Assembly (NCBI GenBank): GCA_024626585.2 | Contig: JANKJI020000002.1 | Coordinates: 96,503,376 to 96,533,066, forward strand | Source of the DNA: Ginkgo biloba | Lineage: Eukaryota > Plantae > Ginkgophyta | Direction of reading: 5' to 3' | DNA: 29,691 bases | Part shown: positions 24,192 to 29,691 of the stretch, one piece after another | How positions within the stretch are numbered: the stretch's first letter is position 1 | Layout of the letters: each line of letters begins with the position of its first letter | Made by a program: the position numbers and the translations under genes | The notes under the pieces: model-generated | What the model was told of the DNA's origin: nothing | The model's input: only the letters and a program-made list of their open reading frames with translations | Databases searched by the model: none

Positions 24192-25439
24192 GTAAATGGG
24201 TATTTTGAGTCAGTTTGGGCTTTCTATTTTTATTTTGGTTGAAAGTTGTGATGTATTATGAATAAGTTCACTGTCTAATATTGCTGCGATTAGAAGCACA
24301 CAACTGAGTACATTGGGACTAATTTTCCATTGATATGAAAGGATCTTAAGTAAAACCTATGGTGGGTTGGGTGAACTGGTATTGGGCCCAACAAAAATAC
24401 AAGTTGAACTCTCACCATACATGTAGATCTTCTGGTTCATTTACCAAAGAAGCATTATAAGAGGATTTCAACTTTTGCAAATGTGGTTCATCTTTTGGCT
24501 GATGCCTGCATTCATCACAAGAAATAGGCTTCACCAGAAAGTTGAACTCATCTGCTTCATGATGTGAAGCATTGGTAAATGCACACTCTTAATGGGGGGC
24601 AAGGAAACAAAGTCACAAGTCAAAAATCTGTTTAGGAGCTTGGATCTCAACAAGGAATATGAAATGAAGGTTCTTTACTTTATGACGACTGTTTAGAGAA
24701 ATGCGACCACAATGCATCCTGTAATGTATGTGTATGCCATTTGAGATTCTAGTTCTATATGAACTCTGGATCAGACCATTAATATAACCTTTATAAGGTC
24801 AATCTTTCTTAGAGGGCCCAACAGATTCTTTATGCCACTTGGATAGATTCCTTTTATCTTGCTCAAAGCAGAGGATGAGGGAGGAATTCAAGAGGATTCG
24901 ATAAACAAAGAAGCCATCTTTGGTTTCAATGTGTCCCTTCAATGGTACTCCACTAGTTCCGTGAATCAATACCCTTTCTACATGTCTTTCTTTCACTGAG
25001 TTTCAGGGGTCTCTGTCTTCAGATTCATGCTTGGGATCCTTTGTCTTTGAATTCCTCAAGATCGTCTTCATATGGTGAAGATTGTAACTTGGAAACCATA
25101 CTTTGATACTATATTGAAATTATCTTAGACATTAGAATGCAAACTTGTTAATATTCATTAATGTTTGAAANNNNNNNNNNNNNNNNNNNNNNNNNNNNNN
25201 NNNNNNNNNNNNNNNNNNNNNNNNNNNNNNNNNNNNNNNNNNNNNNNNNNNNNNNNNNNNNNNNNNNNNNGATGTATATATATTTCATTAAGTCTGAAAG
25301 TAGTATAGGCAAGGCAATATGATTGTTAGATGTTGTAAGTGGTTTAAGTAGATCAAGATAGGAGTGCATAATCCTTCCAGTTACTAAGAACTGTTCTTGG
25401 GCTCATAGAAGCCTTGTAGATATGTTCGTTTTCATAAAA

Positions 25440-25790
25440 TAGTGTGTTTTCTGAAAAATGCCCATTTGTTGTGGCAAAAGCTGTCTTTCCCACATCGACT
25501 TTATCAATATGGATTGCTTGGTGGCTACTTCTCAAGTCTATTTTAGAAAATACTGTAACTTTCTGCACAAAGTCCAACAAGTCATCACTATGTGGAAGAA
25601 GAAAATTGACTTTGATGGTTACATTGATACCTGTCTTTGATGGTGACATTTAATGATTGACAGTCCTCACACATCCTCACTGTGCCATCCTTGTTCTATG
25701 TCATTGGCAATGGCACTCGAGATGATGACTTAGAGGACTGAATCAAACCCATCTCTAATAGAGTTCTGCAATCTGATTTTGTAACAGCCC
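25440..25790 (-). mobile_element. Ty3/Gypsy reverse-transcriptase remnant
   Basis: LLEMGLIQSSKS...KDGTVRMCEDCQSLN.VTIK...LPHSDDLLDFVQKVTVFSKIDLRSSHQAIHIDKVDVGKTAFATTNGHF. Confidence 0.88.
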
Positions 25791-27095
25791 ACTCTTATAC
25801 CTATAGCACAAAGAACACTTCAACATACAATGTTCAACTATTTATTTACATATAATTATGATGCATAGAGTGTAGGCATTTTAAGGTTCATAGGTTACTA
25901 AGGATAAATATTAAAAACATTAGTACTAAAGGATGTTGACATGAGGAATAAGCATCAGTTGTAGGCCTTAGGGACAACCTAAGGGGTTTATTGCATTAGT
26001 AGCCAAACCTCTGGTGGTATCCTCATGGACACCGTCAATGCTTAGCAACTATTAACAATCCGCTAGATTCCACCCCTTCCCCCAACATAAGTATCATTTT
26101 GACCCCTTTTCTTCATTGGGAATACCCTCAATAGGATTCCATCTTTAACTAACAGTATTCATTTATATTAATTTACAGTACCTTCCTATGGGTATCTTTT
26201 CAACCCATTTATATTAATTTCACGATACCAGTTAATAACAGTTCAGTGAATACCTTTTCAACCTGATAGTCACTCTAAGTCTATTCCAACTCGTATGACT
26301 AACAAGATTATGGGGTATTCTTCCAACCTNNNNNNNNNNNNNNNNNNNNNNNNNNNNNNNNNNNNNNNNNNNNNNNNNNNNNNNNNNNNNNNNNNNNNNN
26401 NNNNNNNNNNNNNNNNNNNNNNNNNNNNNAGTCCAACTGACTATTCCCAACCATAACTAATAGGAGTGGATATTTGCCTAGAGTGGGTGGGCAATAGATT
26501 TTAAAGACTATGCCAGACACCTCACATTAGGATATGTGTGAAACAAAGTGAAAAATAGAAATAGAGTAAATAAATAAAGTACACTTTCACTTTTCTTTTA
26601 CATTTCACAAATAAAAGGGCTAGGAAGAACAAGTAAGAACATGTAATCAAATAAAGTAGAACTCCCTTTTACTCTTTACCACATCCCCCTAATAAACTAT
26701 TTATTTCACTATTAACTACAAATGGATAGTGAGCAGAGTTATGACTAGCCTCCTTCTAATAAGAATCTCCCAAAGGCATAGGGAGATCAAAATAAAATAA
26801 TATAAAAAAAAAGTAAATATCCTTTCCATTTCCTATTTTTTTTTTCACAACACTTCACAATATTTGCAAAATTTGAGTTACACACATTGTATTTTCCTTA
26901 GAGGCTAGATCATCAAAATATTTAATGGCCTTTCTCTACAAACCACTGAAACTATGTAACAAAAATGATGTCCTATTTCAGTTTGTTTCATGTGTACAAA
27001 TGCTAATACTCCATTTTACATCCCTCCGTGGCACATGCTTGTAATTGAGATATATGCAGTTGTTAACAAAGATGGCTCACTGGTTTAATGTGCAG

Positions 27096-27576
27096 ATTAT
27101 TTGGAACTCAGCTACCCGTGCAGAGTTACTAAAGTTCGTGGATCAGCAACGGGCAAACCAGTGCCCTGATGGCTCATATGATATGCAAGAAGCACAGATT
27201 TTCAAGTATCAAGCCCTCTCGAAAGAAATACATGTTGGCGATGTCTATTTGAGGGTATATAATGAGCAACCAGATTTTGAGATTAGCCAACCAGAGTCTT
27301 TCTGTGTTGCTCTCCTCCAGTTTCTCTGGAAAATTGTTGATGATAGGAAGAGTATCCGGGAATCTATTGTTCATGAAGAACTGGAGAACTGTAAAAGGCC
27401 TGTATTGGATGGCTCTGCACCACTAGAGAGCATAGCTGAAATAAAGGAAGAAGAANNNNNNNNNNNNNNNNNNNNNNNNNNNNNNNNNNNNNNTGATGGG
27501 ACCAGATAGAGAAGAAGCATCTCTTACAGATTGCAATTTAGTTAAGAACCTAAGCATTGGGTTGACTTCTCTCCAG
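27096..27576 (+). CDS. GRV2: GRV2/RME-8 exon 7 (IWN repeat; 38-N gap at 27456-27493)
   Basis: gtgcag|ATT ATT TGG AAC; IIWNSATRAELLKFVDQQRANQCPDGSYD...VYLRVYNEQPDFEISQPESFC; after the gap, in a shifted frame, MGPDREEASLTDCNLVKNLSIGLTSLQ|gtaaga. Confidence 0.92.
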
Positions 27577-27660
27577 GTAAGATGCTTGTTCTGTTTATAA
27601 TATTCTTGATTTAATTGATACTTCCTGATTCACTCATGTAATAGTTCTTTGTAACTGCAG

Positions 27661-27713
27661 AATTTACTCACAGCCAATCCAGGGCTGGCAGCTATGTTTT
27701 CTGCAAAAGAACA
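27661..27713 (+). CDS. GRV2: GRV2/RME-8 exon 8, 5' part only (runs into 100-N gap)
   Basis: ctgcag|AAT TTA CTC; NLLTANPGLAAMFSAKE(Q), matching GRV2 NLLT..P.LA..FS.KE; follows an 84-bp intron. Confidence 0.88.
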
Positions 27714-27864
27714 NNNNNNNNNNNNNNNNNNNNNNNNNNNNNNNNNNNNNNNNNNNNNNNNNNNNNNNNNNNNNNNNNNNNNNNNNNNNNNNNNNNNNNN
27801 NNNNNNNNNNNNNCCTGCCTCTGCTCTGTTGTACGGTATCTTATGGCTGACAACAACAAGCAAA

Positions 27865-27957
27865 TTCCAATAATTGGCAACAAACTTCCAGCAAGTCAAA
27901 GTTGATTTTGGCAAGTTAGAGGTGAGATTCCAGCAAGTCAAAGTCAAGATTCCAACA
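27865..27957 (+). repeat. Degenerate ~21-bp minisatellite (4-5 units)
   Basis: ttccagcaagtcaaagt exact at 27886 and 27928; related units at 27865, about 27906 and 27950. Confidence 0.7.
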
Positions 27958-28026
27958 TTAGACAGTGCGGTACGACTTGATGGCATGGCAACCCAAGGGA
28001 TGATGTCAACCTCGAAGAGTACAAAA

Positions 28027-28178
28027 GGGACATGATGACATCGGCAACAACTTGTATGGTTATTGGTGTAGATTTCCATATAGTATGGACTTATCTGGAG
28101 GGGCATGATGACATCAACACCAACTTGTACAGTTATCCGTACAAATATCCATGAGTGCTTGGGAAGAACTCATCTGCA
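28027..28178 (+). repeat. Diverged ~73-bp tandem duplication
   Basis: gggacatgatgacatcggcaacaacttgtatggttat (28027) versus ggggcatgatgacatcaacaccaacttgtacagttat (28100). Confidence 0.7.
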
Positions 28179-29691
28179 CTTTTTACTTGGGAAACATAGT
28201 AGAATTAGAACAACATTTGCTGTGGAACTGTCATCCATACAACCATACTTGTGCAAAATTTGGACTCAAGGCTAAGCCTTCATGAGAGTCTTGACAAGCA
28301 TAAAGAAAGAAATTATATTAACGTCTATAGTTAGCCAAAACTTTTCAATGCATTGTAGGTACAATCACACATAATACACCGAAGGTCATGCCTTAAACAT
28401 GTCCCTCATAAGAAAGCAATTGTATCATCAATACCCAATTATAAAGTCACCCAATGATATCCTTTGTTGAAGAATTGTTTATGGTTGGATCGTTGATGGT
28501 GTCTTGGCATGAGCTAGGGGGGAGTTGTCTATAACCTGCTTTGTCTATGACCCCTCTCCTACCATGTAAGGCAAAGGCTACCTGTGTTGCTATAAAGAAT
28601 CTAGTGATGAGCCCCCATCCTTTTACCCTAGGCTTTACCCTAGGTATAGTGGCTCTCCTGTGACGTTGTGTGAGATACTGGGTGGGGAGATAGATAACTA
28701 TATGGTGAAAATGTATTTTAAATAAAATTATAAATTATCCATAAAGGCAAGCAAAAATTAATTTCATCTTTAGGTATAAATCCCCATTGATTCTCGCATT
28801 TATATTTCCATAAATACATGAAAATAAGGTTGGCCTCTAATTAAAAGCAAAAGACACTAAAACAACAATAGTAAAGGTCGTGCAAGGTCTGAGATCCCAA
28901 CATAAGAAGGTCAAACCATTACCCACCAAACTACATTATTTTCAAGTTAAGTTAGGGTGGATTATTACACATCCTTATCCTCTAAGAAAGGAACCTACTC
29001 TTTCTCTCTCTCTTCTATATTCTCTCTTAATTCTACTTAAATAAGAAGTTGTTAGTTTTACTTTGCCATTTTTCTGCTTATTGGTGGAGATGGGCACCTT
29101 AATAATAGCATTATTCTTGGATTTGTGTTGCACCATAAGTGCTCAAATCTTCTTTCCATACCCAATCGGCCTTAGTAGATGGATTTTGACAATTGTTACT
29201 GCAATCTGATGAAGTGATACACCCAAAAAGGTGACATAGGCATGTCGGCAGGGTAGTAATTGGATTTTGGTTAAAGTTTCTACATTGTTTGATTCCTAAG
29301 AGAAAGTCGTTGAACTTGGACCTATAGAGGGATGACATCTCAATCCTCAAAGGTAATTGATAGCTTTAGCTAGATCCTTTTATGTAGGTAAGGGCTTATT
29401 GTTGTAAATATTCTATAACCCTAACTNNNNNNNNNNACAATTTTTTTTTAGCTACCATAAATTTATTTATTTTCTGCAATTTTACAAAGAATTGTATTTT
29501 TTGGTTTATGCATGCATAAGTAATTAATTTGAACCCTATCTTTGGGTAATTGTATTCTTCAAAGTAGGGCACCCTTGTTCAAATGGCTCATTTATGGCAT
29601 TAATGGCTATAAATGGTTAATTTAATGTTGTATGCATTTCTATTTTGTAATTTCTGAAATTCACCCTACTTATACTGCAAAAAAACCCTAC

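Noticed and set aside
28505-28700. Possible PPT (agggggga) or SINE-like segment
   Set aside because: No supporting LTR pair, Pol III boxes or coding motif recognisable by eye.

Overview
Eukaryotic (land-plant) genomic DNA from a gapped draft assembly, not a prokaryotic locus. The window holds the central part of one + strand gene, the RME-8/DNAJC13 orthologue (Arabidopsis GRV2/KAM2). I can trace eight internal exons with GT-AG boundaries: 213-353, 8240-8632, 19282-19782, 20331-20554, 22703-23047, 23888-24191, 27096-27576, and 27661 into a gap. They include the J domain (HPD) and two IWN-type motifs. Neither the start nor the stop codon is in the window. Exons total about 2.4 kb. The rest is intron (up to about 10.6 kb) filled with decayed retroelements: Ty3/Gypsy gag and RT fragments, a PBS, a PPT/LTR, a LINE zf-RVT remnant, two copies of a subrepeat-rich element, and fossil accessory ORFs. 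This architecture suggests a large-genome plant such as a gymnosperm or fern (inference). I found no intact novel system. The most intriguing item is a roughly 750-codon fossil accessory ORF in intron 1; its C-terminal module occurs twice, with mostly synonymous differences. All family assignments come from recalled motifs, not database searches.
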